A DNA stretch of 64,000 bases from contig CAWCDN010000010.1 of assembly GCA_963794355.1 (NCBI GenBank), forward strand, positions 27,819-91,818, read 5' to 3'. Source of the DNA: an uncultured Actinomycetota bacterium. GTDB lineage: Bacteria; Actinomycetota; Actinomycetes; Propionibacteriales; Nocardioidaceae. Below the pieces are notes generated by a model. It ran no database searches, was not told where the DNA came from, and saw only the letters and a list, made by a program, of their open reading frames with translations. Shown here piece after piece: positions 43,370 through 53,691 of the stretch (the first letter of the stretch is position 1; each line of letters opens with the position of its first letter). The translations under genes and the position numbers were made by a program.

Positions 43370-43469
43370 GGGGCGAAACTACCCGCGTCGACCCGAATTG
43401 GTGGTCCCGAGGGCATCGGCTATGGTTCTCTTCGCGTCTCCGGGAGCGCCTTCGGGTGCGGAGATGCAA

Positions 43470-43542
43470 GCGGACGTAGCTCAGTTGGTAGAGCGCAACC
43501 TTGCCAAGGTTGAGGTCGCGAGTTCGAGCCTCGTCGTCCGCT
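43470..43542 (+). tRNA. tRNA-Gly(GCC)
   Basis: GCGGACG acceptor stem, anticodon loop TTGCCAA, GTTCGAG T-loop. Confidence 0.96.
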
Positions 43543-43568
43543 CGGAGCGGGTCTCGAGCCCATCCAGC

Positions 43569-43639
43569 GGTGGGTTGGCCGAGAGGCGAGGCAACGGACT
43601 GCAAATCCGTGTACACGGGTTCAAATCCCGTACCCACCT
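43569..43639 (+). tRNA. tRNA-Cys(GCA)
   Basis: GGTGGGT/ACCCACC acceptor stem, anticodon loop CTGCAAA. Confidence 0.95.
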
Positions 43640-43659
43640 CGAAGCACCACCCATTCCAC

Positions 43660-43734
43660 GGGCGATTGGCGCAGCGGTAGCGCGCTTCCTTGACACGGAA
43701 GAGGTCACTGGTTCAAACCCAGTATCGCCCACCA
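43660..43734 (+). tRNA. tRNA-Val(GAC)
   Basis: Acceptor GGGCGAT/ATCGCCC, anticodon loop TTGACAC, encoded CCA. Confidence 0.96.
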
Positions 43735-43739
43735 GCACG

Positions 43740-43815
43740 AAAAGATTGGCGCAGCGGTAGCGGCTCTGCCGTTGCACGGACGAGGTCACTGGTTCACACC
43801 CAGTACCGCCCACCA
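43740..43815 (+). pseudogene. Degenerate tandem copy of tRNA-Val(GAC)
   Basis: D-arm and T-arm nearly identical to 43660-43734; 5' acceptor strand replaced (AAAAGAT); anticodon arm altered. Confidence 0.8.
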
Positions 43816-43925
43816 GCATCTCCCAAGAGCGTGGGCGTCACGCAGTTCCTCCGAGCAAATCCTCCATTCGCGTCCTGCCGCGAGCTCGGGCTGCCTACCC
43901 TGCTCGCGACCTTAGGAGCGAACAC

Positions 43926-44204
43926 ATGTACTCGACCTCGATCAAGCGTGCGGTGATCGCGGTGGCGACCGTCGCCGCCGTGGCACCGCTGGGGCTGACG
44001 GTGCCCGCCGACGCGGCGTCCGCGCGCCACTTCGCCAACTGCACCGCGCTGAACAAGGTGTACCCGCACGGCGTGGGCCTCAAGGGCGCGCACGACCACA
44101 CCAGCGGCACGCCGGTGACGAACTTCGCTCGCAAGCCGGCCGTCTACCGGGCCAACACCGGCTCGGACCGCGACGGTGACCACATCGCGTGCGAGAAGGC
44201 CTGA
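43926..44204 (+). CDS. Secreted Excalibur calcium-binding domain protein
   Basis: Signal peptide, FANCTAL, DRDGDHIACE; AGGAG RBS. Confidence 0.9.
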   Translation: MYSTSIKRAVIAVATVAAVAPLGLTVPADAASARHFANCTALNKVYPHGVGLKGAHDHTSGTPVTNFARKPAVYRANTGSDRDGDHIACEKA

Positions 44205-44666
44205 CGCCACCACGACCGCGGTGGCGCCCGCGCCACGGGCGTGGGGAGTCGCGTGGCTGGGGCTGCCCTGCTCATGGTCTTAGTACCTTCGGGCAGGTCG
44301 AACCCCCCGTTTGAGGCTACTCACGAGCGCCGCCCCAGTCCTAGCCTGAGACCAAGCCTCGGGGTCACCCCCTGACATTCCGGGCTCAGTACCGCCACGT
44401 AGACCCCATGCTGCGTGGCGCGCGACCAGCAGCGGCCCCGCGGCAGCCCGAGCGCCGCGGGGTCGCTGCCGGTACGCCGTGCTGGCAGTCGAGCGTCGGA
44501 TTCTCAGGTTCGCGAGACCGTCCTCTCAGCGCCCGTCAAGCCTGACCGGACAGACTTTTCCTCGCCGACCCCGCCACTTTCCCGAGAGATGTGGCGGGGT
44601 TGGTCTGCAAGGCCGATGTCCGCCGGCTGCCCCCGTGGCCGGCGGGCATCTGTGGATAGGGACGGC

Positions 44667-44971
44667 TCAGATCGGTGAGGTGTCGCCCGGGAACAGCAGG
44701 TGGCGCACGAGTCTGCGGCTGAGCAGCAGCGTGACGATCAGCAGCGTCACCGAGACGAAGCCGCCGAGCCGCACCCGGTCGCCGAACACCAGGTCGACCA
44801 GCTCGAGCACGACGAACTTGCTGCCGACCGCCACCAGCCACAGCGTCACCGCCCGCTGATCACCGACGGCAGGTACTCGACCGCCAGGTTGAGCACCACG
44901 ACGTACACCAGCACGTCGACGACATCGGCGGGGCCGATCGAGATCGCTCGCGGCCGGCCGGCGGTCTGCAT
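44667..44971 (-). pseudogene. Membrane protein pseudogene with internal deletion/frameshift
   Basis: MQTAG...DVVDVLVYVVVLNLAVEYLPSVIS stops early; second frame continues TLWLVAVGSKFVVLELVDLVFGDRVRLGGF; junction near 44853. Confidence 0.6.
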
Positions 44972-45223
44972 GGGCCGGACCCTAGCGCCGCCACGACGGG
45001 TGGAGTACGACGAATGCGCCCCGCGGACTGCGTAAGCCCCCGCGAGATCGCGGGGCGCTCGATGCCGCGCAAGTTACCCCCATGCCGTCGACCACGACCA
45101 GACCGACACGCCGGTGGCCGGGGGTTCGACCGCCGAGCGTCGTCACCCGTGCCGGGTGATGCCGTCGGTGGGTCGACCGGGCCACCCTGGCTGCATCGGC
45201 GTCACCGTCACCCAGGAGGAACG

Positions 45224-45673
45224 ATGTCCATCCCGCCCATCCAGTCCGTCAGCCCGGAGAAGCAAGGCGCGGCGCGCCGCGGCAGTGACGTCGGGTCCGC
45301 ATGGACCGGCTGGATCGCGTTCGCCGGCACCATCATGGTGATGCTCGGCATCTTCCACGCCATCCAGGGACTGGTCGCGCTCTTCAACAGCGACTACTAC
45401 GCCGCCAGCGACCGCCTCATCGTCCACGTCGACTACACGGGCTGGGGCTGGGTCCAGCTGATCGCGGGCATCATCGTCGCGATCGCCGGTGTCTGCGTGT
45501 TCATGGGCCAGCTCTGGGCGCGGGCAGTCGGCGTCATCCTCGCCATGATCAGCGCCGTCATCAACGTCGGCTTCCTCTCGGCGGTGCCGCTGTGGTCGGC
45601 CATGATGATCGCCCTCGACATCACCGTGATCCTCGCGCTGACCGTGCACGGCTCCGAGACCAGGGACATCTGA
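45224..45673 (+). CDS. Small four-helix membrane protein (DUF7144-like)
   Basis: GWIAFAG, WGWVQL, WARAVG hydrophobic segments; AGGAGGA RBS. Confidence 0.8.
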   Translation: MSIPPIQSVSPEKQGAARRGSDVGSAWTGWIAFAGTIMVMLGIFHAIQGLVALFNSDYYAASDRLIVHVDYTGWGWVQLIAGIIVAIAGVCVFMGQLWARAVGVILAMISAVINVGFLSAVPLWSAMMIALDITVILALTVHGSETRDI

Positions 45674-45718
45674 GCGCGCTACCACCCCATCACAGGTACC
45701 CCCCGAACAGGAGAGCTG

Positions 45719-47029
45719 ATGGCTGAGGCCGCACCAGTACCCACCGCAGCGGACCCCGCCGCCACGTCGCACCGCGGACGATCCATCGCGGCCGTGGTGT
45801 GCATCGTCCTGGCTGCGATCCTCACCGTGCCGGCCGGCTTCGCGTACTGGGGGCAGCGCACCATCAACGACGGCAACCGGTACGTCGCCACGGTGGGTCC
45901 GCTCGTGGACTCCCCCGAGGTGCAGACCGCGATCGCCACCAAGGTCACCGACGCCATCGAGGAGCAGGTCGACGTCCAGGCCCTGCTCAACCAGGCGTTC
46001 GCCGGCGTCATCGCCGACCGACCGCGTCTCCAGCTGCTCATCGGGCCGCTGGCCGGCGCGGTGAACGGGCTGATCCAGACGCAGGTGCAGAACTTCATCG
46101 AGTCCGACGCGTTCCGCGAGCTGTGGCTGGCCGTCAACACGCGGGCCCAAGAACGGCTCGTCCAGCTCTTGAACGGCGAGGACTCGGGGGCCGTGACGGT
46201 GCAGGGCGGACAGGTCGTCCTCGACCTGTCGACCGTCGTCGACCAGGTCAAGCAGCAGCTGGTCGACCGCGGGCTCACCTTCGTCCAGAACGCCCCGCCG
46301 ATCCCAGCGGCAGACCAGCAGATCGTGCTGCTGGACTCCCCGCAGCTCAAGCAGGTCCGCACCATCTACGCGTTCAGCAACCCCCTGGCCAAGTGGCTCC
46401 TGCCGGTGGTGGGCCTGCTCTACCTCGGTGGGCTTCTGCTGTCGCGCCGCAAGTCGCGCGCCACCGTGGTGATCGGCATCCTGATCGCGGCCAACGCCCT
46501 GCTGATGGCGCTGGCCCTCTCGATCGGTCGCCAGCTGTTCGTCAACGAGCTGTCAGGGACAGTCTTCGGGCCGGCGAGCACGGTCTTCTACGACACCGTG
46601 CTGTCCTACCTCGAGCGTGGCCAACGGGTGCTTCTCGGGCTCGGGCTGATCCTGGTCGTGATCGGCTGGTTCACCGGTGGCACGAAGTTCGGGACAGCCG
46701 TGCGTACGACGATCGCCCGCTCGTTGGAGTCGGCCGGCGCGTCGGTCTCGGACACCAGGGCGGCCGGGGCGGGCCGGTGGACGCTCGCGAACGCCGTGTG
46801 GCTGCGGATCGTGGTCGGCGTGCTCGGTCTCGTCGTGCTCCTGTGGGGCAACAACGTCTCGGGCACCCGGCTGTTCTGGTCGACCCTCGTCGTGCTCGTG
46901 CTCCTCGCGGCCATCCAGGTGCTCGTCGGCACGGGTCGGGCGGCTGGCGCCGTCGGCGCCAAGAGCGACGACGACGCGGACCCGACCGAGACGGCGACCG
47001 CTCCGCTCTCCACCGGAGGGTCTGTCTAG
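45719..47029 (+). CDS. Integral membrane protein, hypothetical
   Basis: N-terminal TM, extracytoplasmic helical domain, several C-terminal TMs. Confidence 0.8.
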   Translation: MAEAAPVPTAADPAATSHRGRSIAAVVCIVLAAILTVPAGFAYWGQRTINDGNRYVATVGPLVDSPEVQTAIATKVTDAIEEQVDVQALLNQAFAGVIADRPRLQLLIGPLAGAVNGLIQTQVQNFIESDAFRELWLAVNTRAQERLVQLLNGEDSGAVTVQGGQVVLDLSTVVDQVKQQLVDRGLTFVQNAPPIPAADQQIVLLDSPQLKQVRTIYAFSNPLAKWLLPVVGLLYLGGLLLSRRKSRATVVIGILIAANALLMALALSIGRQLFVNELSGTVFGPASTVFYDTVLSYLERGQRVLLGLGLILVVIGWFTGGTKFGTAVRTTIARSLESAGASVSDTRAAGAGRWTLANAVWLRIVVGVLGLVVLLWGNNVSGTRLFWSTLVVLVLLAAIQVLVGTGRAAGAVGAKSDDDADPTETATAPLSTGGSV

Positions 47030-47094
47030 CCCGGAGGTCCGGCAGCCGACCGGAGCACGGAATGACCGCCCCCATCCGTGGCGTTGCGCCCACC

Positions 47095-47784
47095 ATGACC
47101 ACACTCGGACTCATCGGAAGCGGACACATCGGCAGCACCGTGGCACGGCTCGCGGTCGAGGCAGGGCACGACGTCGTGCTGAGCAACAGTCGCGGTCCGG
47201 AGACCCTCCAGGACCTCGTCGCAGAGCTTGGTTCCCACGCTCGGGCCGGCACCACGCAGGAGGCGGTCGAGGCGGGCGACCTCGTCCTGCTCACGATCCC
47301 GCTCCTCGCCGTCGAGCGGGTGCCCGCCGAGCTGCTGCAGGGCAAGACCGTGATCGACACGTCCAACTACTACCCGCAGCGCGACGGCCAGATCGCGGCG
47401 CTCGACGACAAGTCCGCGACCACCAGCGAGCTCGTGCAGTCCCTGCTCCCGGGCAGCACGGTCGTCAAGGCGTTCAACAACATCAACTACGTGCACCTCG
47501 GCTCGCTCCAGCGACCCGCAGGCAGCGCCGAGCGCACCTCGCTCCCGGTCGCCGGCGACCATGATGAAGCCAAGCGCGCCGTCGGTGCCTTCATCGACAG
47601 CCTCGGGTACGACGCCTACGACGCCGGGTCGCTCGCCGAGAGCTGGCGCTTCGACGTCGGGACGCCGGCGTACGGCAACCCCTACAACAGCGACTCGACG
47701 GGCGCGTTCCCGCCGCCCGCCGACAGCGGCCGTCAGGCGAACGCCGACACCCTGCGCCGGGCGCTCTCCCAGGCCGAGCGCTGA
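47095..47784 (+). CDS. NADPH-dependent F420 reductase-family oxidoreductase
   Basis: GLIGSGHIG Rossmann motif, SNSRG, IDTSNYYP, VKAFN, AGD. Confidence 0.87.
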   Translation: MTTLGLIGSGHIGSTVARLAVEAGHDVVLSNSRGPETLQDLVAELGSHARAGTTQEAVEAGDLVLLTIPLLAVERVPAELLQGKTVIDTSNYYPQRDGQIAALDDKSATTSELVQSLLPGSTVVKAFNNINYVHLGSLQRPAGSAERTSLPVAGDHDEAKRAVGAFIDSLGYDAYDAGSLAESWRFDVGTPAYGNPYNSDSTGAFPPPADSGRQANADTLRRALSQAER

Positions 47785-47796
47785 CCCGCTGACGGG

Positions 47797-48882
47797 TCAG
47801 TCCTCCTCGGTCTCCTCGCCGTGAGTGCCGGGCCGCGGCGCCCACGGCAGCTCCCTGGCCGGGCGTACGACGATCAGCCGGTCGCCGCGCGCCAGCTGGG
47901 TGACCGTGGGGTCGAAGTAGCGATAGACGTTCTCGTCGCGCACGACGGCGATCACCTGGTCGGGCAGTGACTGCGGCTGCTGTCCGACCTCCGAGACCAG
48001 CAGCTCGCGCTCGGCGACCTCGAGCCCTTCGCCGTAGGTCAACAGGTCCTCCATCACCGTGCCCAACGTCGGTGACAGCGACGACAGCCCGAGCAGCCGG
48101 CCGACTGCGTCGGAGGACGTGATCACCGAGCTGGCTCCCGACTGCTTCATCAGCGGCGCGTTCTCCTGCTCGCGCACGGAGGCGACGATCCAGGCATCGG
48201 CGTTGAGCTGGCGGACGGTCAGCGTCGACAGCACGTTGGAGTCGTCGCGGTCGGTGGTGATGATCACCTGCCGGGCCTCGGCCACACCGGCCCGCTGCAG
48301 CACCTCGCGCCGCGTCGCATCACCGGTGACGACCGCCAGGCCGTCGGCGTGCGCCTCCGAGACCGCCTGGCTGCCCTTGTCGACGACGACGATCAGGTCA
48401 CGGTCGATCCCGTTGTTGACGAGGGTCTCGACAGCGCTGCGGCCCTTGGTGCCGTAGCCGACGATCACGACGTGGTCGTTCATGGTCCTCCTCCAGCGGG
48501 CGATACGGAACATGCGCCGGCCCTGCGTGGCCAGCACCTCCAACGTGGTGCCGATCAGCAGGATCAGGAAGGCGATCCGCAGCGGGGTGATCACGAACGC
48601 GTTGGTCAGGCGCGCCCCGGCGGAGACGGGAGCGATGTCGCCGTACCCCGTCGTGCTCAGGGTGACGGTCGAGTAGTAGATCGAGTCGACCAGGTTGATG
48701 TGGTGCAGTGGCGGGTCGTTGGCGTCGCGGTAGCCGCCGCGGTCGGCGTACACGAGCGCGACCGTGAACGCGATGATGCCGATCCCGATCATCAGGCGCT
48801 GGCTCAGCGCCCACCAGGGAGACCGCTCGTGCTCGGGGAGTACGACGTTCCCGTGCGAGGGATGGTCGCTCTCGGTCGGCAC
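47797..48882 (-). CDS. Potassium channel family protein with TrkA-N (RCK) domain
   Basis: Selectivity filter TLSTTGYGD; IVGYGTKG; GDAT. Confidence 0.92.
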   Translation of the reverse strand: MPTESDHPSHGNVVLPEHERSPWWALSQRLMIGIGIIAFTVALVYADRGGYRDANDPPLHHINLVDSIYYSTVTLSTTGYGDIAPVSAGARLTNAFVITPLRIAFLILLIGTTLEVLATQGRRMFRIARWRRTMNDHVVIVGYGTKGRSAVETLVNNGIDRDLIVVVDKGSQAVSEAHADGLAVVTGDATRREVLQRAGVAEARQVIITTDRDDSNVLSTLTVRQLNADAWIVASVREQENAPLMKQSGASSVITSSDAVGRLLGLSSLSPTLGTVMEDLLTYGEGLEVAERELLVSEVGQQPQSLPDQVIAVVRDENVYRYFDPTVTQLARGDRLIVVRPARELPWAPRPGTHGEETEED

Positions 48883-48891
48883 GCCGTGAAT

Positions 48892-49902
48892 CTAGTCCAC
48901 GTCCTCGTCGTCGCCGGACTCGCGTGGCCGACGGTTGCGCAGGCGCTGGACGAGCTCCGACCGGGCGTGGGTCGTCTGCTGCTGCGGGAAGACGGTGTCG
49001 AAGGCTGCGTTGAGGGCCGCGCCGATCAGGATTGCGATCGAGAGGATGTAGAGCCACAGGAGCACCGCGATCGGCGCGGCCAGCGGCCCGTAGATGGAGC
49101 GGGAGTCGGCGGCGGTCACGGTGAGGAACTCGCGGAGCAGGAAGCTGCCGAGCAGCCACACGCCGAGGGCGAAGGCCGCTCCCGGGAGGTTGATCCGCCA
49201 GCGCGTCCGCACCGGGATCGAGACGTGGTAGAGCGTGGCCAGGAAGAAGATCGACGCGAGCAGCACCGCCGGCCAGTAGAAGCTGACCAGGAAGTCCGCA
49301 CGGTCGGGCAGCCACCGATGGATCAGGCTCGGCCCGGCCACCGCCAGCGGGAGCGCGATCACCCCGGTGACGATGGCGAGCAGGTAGAGGCTGAAGGAGA
49401 GGGCCCTCGTCTTGAGGATCCCCCGGTGGCCGCCGAGGCCGTGCATGATCGTGATGGTCTCGACGAAGACGTGCATCGCCCGCGAGCCCGACCACAGGGC
49501 CAGCACGAACCCGACCGAGATCACGTCGAAGCGACCGCCGCGCAGCACGTCGTCGATGGTCGGCTGGATGACCTTGTCGACCGCTGAGTCGGTGAGGAAG
49601 CGCGAGGAGAGGTCGATGATCGCGTTGCGCACCTCGTCGACCTGGTCGGGGCTGAACGACTGCGTCACGTAGCCGATCGCACCGGCCAGGGCGAAGATGA
49701 GGGGCGGCACCGAGAGCACGGTGAAGAACGCCGCCTCCGCGGCCAGCCCGGTGACCCGGTGCCGCATCGAGGAGCCGACCGTGGAGACGACGATCCGCCA
49801 GGTCGTCTCCCGGGTGCGGACCACCCACGCGGGCCAGGCGAAGCCCTGGCCGCCCTCATCGGCCGCACCCGTCGCCGGGCGCGACGGCTCGGCATCGGGC
49901 AT
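48892..49902 (-). CDS. YihY/virulence factor BrkB family membrane protein
   Basis: LAAEAAFF, LWSGS, IYGPLAAPIAVLLWLY, GAALNA. Confidence 0.9.
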   Translation of the reverse strand: MPDAEPSRPATGAADEGGQGFAWPAWVVRTRETTWRIVVSTVGSSMRHRVTGLAAEAAFFTVLSVPPLIFALAGAIGYVTQSFSPDQVDEVRNAIIDLSSRFLTDSAVDKVIQPTIDDVLRGGRFDVISVGFVLALWSGSRAMHVFVETITIMHGLGGHRGILKTRALSFSLYLLAIVTGVIALPLAVAGPSLIHRWLPDRADFLVSFYWPAVLLASIFFLATLYHVSIPVRTRWRINLPGAAFALGVWLLGSFLLREFLTVTAADSRSIYGPLAAPIAVLLWLYILSIAILIGAALNAAFDTVFPQQQTTHARSELVQRLRNRRPRESGDDEDVD

Positions 49903-49919
49903 GGGCCTACGGTAACCAC

Positions 49920-51566
49920 ATGACTGCAGCCAACCGGGCAGCCACGAACCAACCGCCGCCACTGGTCGGGCACAACGTCGTCGCGACCGACGCCGCCCTC
50001 GTCGAGGCGGTCACCCGCCACGCAGGCGCCGACGTGGTCGACGACCTCCTCGACCTCGGCGCCCAGGCAGGCACCGCCGAAGCCCGGGAGCACGGCCGCC
50101 TGGCCAACCGGCACGAGCCCGAGCTCACGACGTACGACCGCTACGGCCACCGCATCGACGAGGTGCTCTTCCACCCCTCGTGGCACTGGCTGATGGAGCG
50201 GGCCGTCGGTCACGGCCTCCAGGCGGCTCCTTGGGAGCAGCAGGCGGGCGGCGCGGCCCATGCCCACGTCCGCCGCGCCGCCGGCTTCATGGCGTGGTCG
50301 CACACCGATCCGGCCCACGGCTGCCCGATCTCCATGACGTACGCCGCGGTGCCGGCGTTGCGGGCCGACGACCGGCTGGCGAAGGAGTGGACGCCTGCTC
50401 TCGCCTCCACGTCGTACGACCCCGGGATCCGGCCGGTCGCGGAGAAGCGCGGCGCCCTCGCCGGCATGGGCATGACCGAGAAGCAGGGCGGCTCCGACGT
50501 GCGCGCCAACGTCACGGAGGCGCGCGCGACCGGGGTCGACGGCGAGTACACCCTGCACGGCCACAAGTGGTTCACCTCCGCGCCGATGAACGACGTGTTC
50601 CTGGTGCTGGCCCAGGCGCCGCAGGGGCTCTCGTGCTTCGTCGTGCCGCGCGCCCTGCCCGACGGGTCGCGGAACCGGCTCGACGTCGTACGCCTCAAGG
50701 ACAAGCTCGGCAACCGCGCGAACGCGTCGGCCGAGCTCGAGCTGGGGGGCACCCTCGGCGTGCGGCTCGGCGACGAGGGCCGAGGTGTGCGCACGATCAT
50801 CGAGATGGTCGCCGCCACGCGGCTCGACTGCGTGCTCGGCTCGAGCGCGCTGATGCGTCACACGCTCAACGAGGCGTCGTGGCACGTCGCCCACCGCTCG
50901 GCGTTCGGCGGGCTTCTCTCCGACAAGCCGTTGATGCAGAACGTGATCGCCGACCTCGCCGTGGAGGCCGAGGCCGCGACCGCCCTGGCGGTCCGGCTCG
51001 CGGCTGCGGTCGACGCGGACGGCGATCCCCACGAAGCGGCACTGCGCCGGATCGCGCTGCCGTTGGCGAAGTTCTGGATCTGCAAGCGCACGCCGGGGTT
51101 CGTGGCCGAGGCGCTGGAGTGCCTCGGCGGCAACGGCTACGTCGAGGATTCCGGGCTCCCCCTCCGCTACCGCGAGGCGCCGCTGAACTCTGTGTGGGAG
51201 GGGTCGGGCAACGTCAACGCCCTCGACGTGCTCCGCGCGCTCGCTCGGGAGCCGGAGGCGCTGGCCGCCTGGATCACCGAGGTCGGTCACGCCCGCGGCG
51301 GTGACCCGCGGCTCGACCGGGCAGTCGACGACACCCTCGCGCTGCTCGGCGAGACCGGCTCGCTCGAGGTCGGTGCCCGTCGGCTGGCGGGGCGAATGGC
51401 TGCGTGCCTGCAGGGTGCCCTGCTGGTGCGCTTCGCTCCCGAGGAGGTCGCCGACGCGTTCTGCGCCTCGCGGCTCGGCACGTCGTACGACGGCACCTAC
51501 GGCGCGCTGACCTCCTCGGCCACCGAGCTGCGCGCGATCGTGGAGCGGACAACCCCCACCCTCTGA
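49920..51566 (+). CDS. Acyl-CoA dehydrogenase, AidB-like
   Basis: GMGMTEKQGGSDV, GHKWFTSAP, RLKDKLGNRANAS, GGNGYVE, WEGSGNV. Confidence 0.92.
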   Translation: MTAANRAATNQPPPLVGHNVVATDAALVEAVTRHAGADVVDDLLDLGAQAGTAEAREHGRLANRHEPELTTYDRYGHRIDEVLFHPSWHWLMERAVGHGLQAAPWEQQAGGAAHAHVRRAAGFMAWSHTDPAHGCPISMTYAAVPALRADDRLAKEWTPALASTSYDPGIRPVAEKRGALAGMGMTEKQGGSDVRANVTEARATGVDGEYTLHGHKWFTSAPMNDVFLVLAQAPQGLSCFVVPRALPDGSRNRLDVVRLKDKLGNRANASAELELGGTLGVRLGDEGRGVRTIIEMVAATRLDCVLGSSALMRHTLNEASWHVAHRSAFGGLLSDKPLMQNVIADLAVEAEAATALAVRLAAAVDADGDPHEAALRRIALPLAKFWICKRTPGFVAEALECLGGNGYVEDSGLPLRYREAPLNSVWEGSGNVNALDVLRALAREPEALAAWITEVGHARGGDPRLDRAVDDTLALLGETGSLEVGARRLAGRMAACLQGALLVRFAPEEVADAFCASRLGTSYDGTYGALTSSATELRAIVERTTPTL

Positions 51567-51581
51567 CTCGGGAGGTCACCG

Positions 51582-51989
51582 ATGAACGACGTCGTACCCA
51601 TGCTCACCTACGCCGACGGTCCGGCCGCCATGGACTGGCTGGTCGGCGCGTTCGGGTTCGAGGAGCAGGCCCGCTGGCTCGACGACGACGGGCGGGTCGC
51701 CCATGGCGAGCTCCGCGCCGGTGACGGGCTGGTCATGATCGCGTCCACCAACCCGGCGTACGAGCCGCCCGCCACGCACCGCGGTCACTGCGAGGCCGCG
51801 GACGCCTGGCTCGGCTCGCCGTACGTCGTGGACGGCGCCCTGGTCTACGTCGATGACATCGACGCCCACTATGCCCGCGCCGTGGCGGCGGGCGCACCGA
51901 CGCTCTCCGAGATCGAGGACGGGCCGGCGCGGCTCTACCGCACCGAGGACCTCGAAGGGCACCGCTGGATGTTCATGCAGCGGGGCTGA
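51582..51989 (+). CDS. VOC (glyoxalase/bleomycin resistance) family protein
   Basis: HGELRAGDG, VDDIDAHYARA, DLEGHRW. Confidence 0.88.
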   Translation: MNDVVPMLTYADGPAAMDWLVGAFGFEEQARWLDDDGRVAHGELRAGDGLVMIASTNPAYEPPATHRGHCEAADAWLGSPYVVDGALVYVDDIDAHYARAVAAGAPTLSEIEDGPARLYRTEDLEGHRWMFMQRG

Positions 51990-52020
51990 CCAAGCGACGA
52001 GCCGGGGTCACTGTCAGGCC

Positions 52021-52087
52021 ACCTTGCGAGCGAGCTCGCAAGGTGCTCGCTCCGTCTGGCAGTGGGGACTTCGTCCTCTCTGCCAGA
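52021..52087. terminator. Paired stem-loops between convergent VOC gene and glyA
   Basis: ACCTTGCGAG/CTCGCAAGGT (10 bp) and TCTGGCAG/CTGCCAGA (8 bp) inverted repeats. Confidence 0.55.
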
Positions 52088-52090
52088 TCG

Positions 52091-53563
52091 TCACTCGAGG
52101 TCGAGACCCGGGTAGAGAGGGTGGGCGTCGAGCATCTCGGCGCTGGCGGCCTTGACCCGCTCGGCGACGCCGTCGCCGAGCGCGTACGACGCCTTCGACG
52201 GCGTGCCGGCCTTGGTGGTGCCGGGCTCGGTGTTGCGGAGCACGTCGACCATCAGGTCGGCCACCCGGTCGAAGTCGTCGGCCCCGAAGCCGCGGGTGGT
52301 GAGCGCAGGCGTGCCGAGGCGGATGCCGGAGGTGTACCACGCGCCGTTGGGGTCGGCGGGCACGGAGTTCCGGTTGGTCACCACGCCGGCATCGAGCAGC
52401 GCCGACTCGGCCTGCCGCCCGGTCAGCCCGAACGACGAGACGTCGAGCAACACGATGTGGTTGTCGGTGCCGCCCGTGACGAGCGTGGCGCCACGTGTGA
52501 GGAACCCGTCGGCCAGCGACTTCGCGTTGTCGGCGATGGCCTGCGCATAGGTCTGGAACGACGGCTGGCGCGCCTCGGCGAGCGCCACGGCCTTGGCGGC
52601 CATGACGTGCGACAGCGGGCCACCGAGCACCATCGGACAACCGCGGTCGACGTCGGCGGCGTAGTCCTCCTGCGCCAGCACCATGCCGCCGCGCGGCCCC
52701 CGCAGCGACTTGTGGGTGGTCGTCGTGGTGATGTGGGCGTGGGGCACGGGGTCCTCGTCGCCGGTGAACACCTTGCCGGCGACCAGCCCTGCGAAGTGGG
52801 CCATGTCGACCATCAGGGTCGCGCCGACCTCGTCGGCGATCTCGCGCATCTTCGCGAAGTTCACCCGCCGCGGGTAGGCCGAGTAGCCGGCGATGAGCAC
52901 CAGCGGCTTGAACTCCTTCGCCTTGGCGCGCACCACGTCGTAGTCGAGCAGGCCCGTCTCGGGGTCGGTGCCGTACTGCTGCTGGTGGAACATCTTGCCG
53001 CTGATGTTGGGCCGGAAGCCGTGGGTCAGATGGCCGCCGGCGTCGAGCGACATCCCGAGCAGCCGCTGGTTGCCGAACTCGTGACGCAGGCTCTCCCAGT
53101 CCGCCTCGCTCAGCTCGTTGACGTTCTTGGCGCCCAACCGCTCCAGCGCCGGCGTCTCGACGTGGTGGGCCAGGATCGACCAGAAGGCGACCAGGTTGGC
53201 GTCGATCCCCGAGTGCGGCTGCACGTAGGCGTACGGCGCGCCGAACAGCTCGCGGGCGTGCTCGGCCGCGATCGTCTCGACGGTGTCGACGTTCTGGCAG
53301 CCCGCGTAGAAGCGGTGCCCGATGGTGCCCTCCGCGTACTTGTCCGAGAACCAGGTGCCCATCGTCAGGAGCACGGCCGGCGAGGCGTAGTTCTCGCTCG
53401 CGATCAGCTTGAGCGAGCCGCGCTGGTCGGTCAGCTCCTGCCGGGTCGCGTCGGCGATGCGGGGCTCCACCGCCGCGATCACCTCCAGGGCCGCGTCGTA
53501 CGCGGTCGAAGCGGTCTTGGCCAGGGTCTCGGCGGGGCTCTGGGTGGGGGCAGCGTCGCTCAT
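52091..53563 (-). CDS. glyA: Serine hydroxymethyltransferase
   Basis: [41 protein letters not shown]. Confidence 0.96.
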   Translation of the reverse strand: MSDAAPTQSPAETLAKTASTAYDAALEVIAAVEPRIADATRQELTDQRGSLKLIASENYASPAVLLTMGTWFSDKYAEGTIGHRFYAGCQNVDTVETIAAEHARELFGAPYAYVQPHSGIDANLVAFWSILAHHVETPALERLGAKNVNELSEADWESLRHEFGNQRLLGMSLDAGGHLTHGFRPNISGKMFHQQQYGTDPETGLLDYDVVRAKAKEFKPLVLIAGYSAYPRRVNFAKMREIADEVGATLMVDMAHFAGLVAGKVFTGDEDPVPHAHITTTTTHKSLRGPRGGMVLAQEDYAADVDRGCPMVLGGPLSHVMAAKAVALAEARQPSFQTYAQAIADNAKSLADGFLTRGATLVTGGTDNHIVLLDVSSFGLTGRQAESALLDAGVVTNRNSVPADPNGAWYTSGIRLGTPALTTRGFGADDFDRVADLMVDVLRNTEPGTTKAGTPSKASYALGDGVAERVKAASAEMLDAHPLYPGLDLE

Positions 53564-53691
53564 GGCAGCAGCCTAGGACCAACCCGCTCCGGGCATCCTC
53601 TCCGACTTGGTGTCTCACATCGTGGCACGCCGTCTCAACCCATGGGATTCCGGTTTGTGGAAGGGGGGTCCACCCCGTGAGACTTGCCTCC

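Noticed and set aside
42416-43734. Inverted pair of tRNA-Val genes (70/75 identical) as an invertible segment
   Set aside because: Explained by two isoacceptor genes in a divergent arrangement; no invertase is present.
53564-53690. ZTP (pfl) riboswitch upstream of glyA
   Set aside because: The motif was not found; TAGGCT just before the ATG suggests a leaderless glyA transcript.
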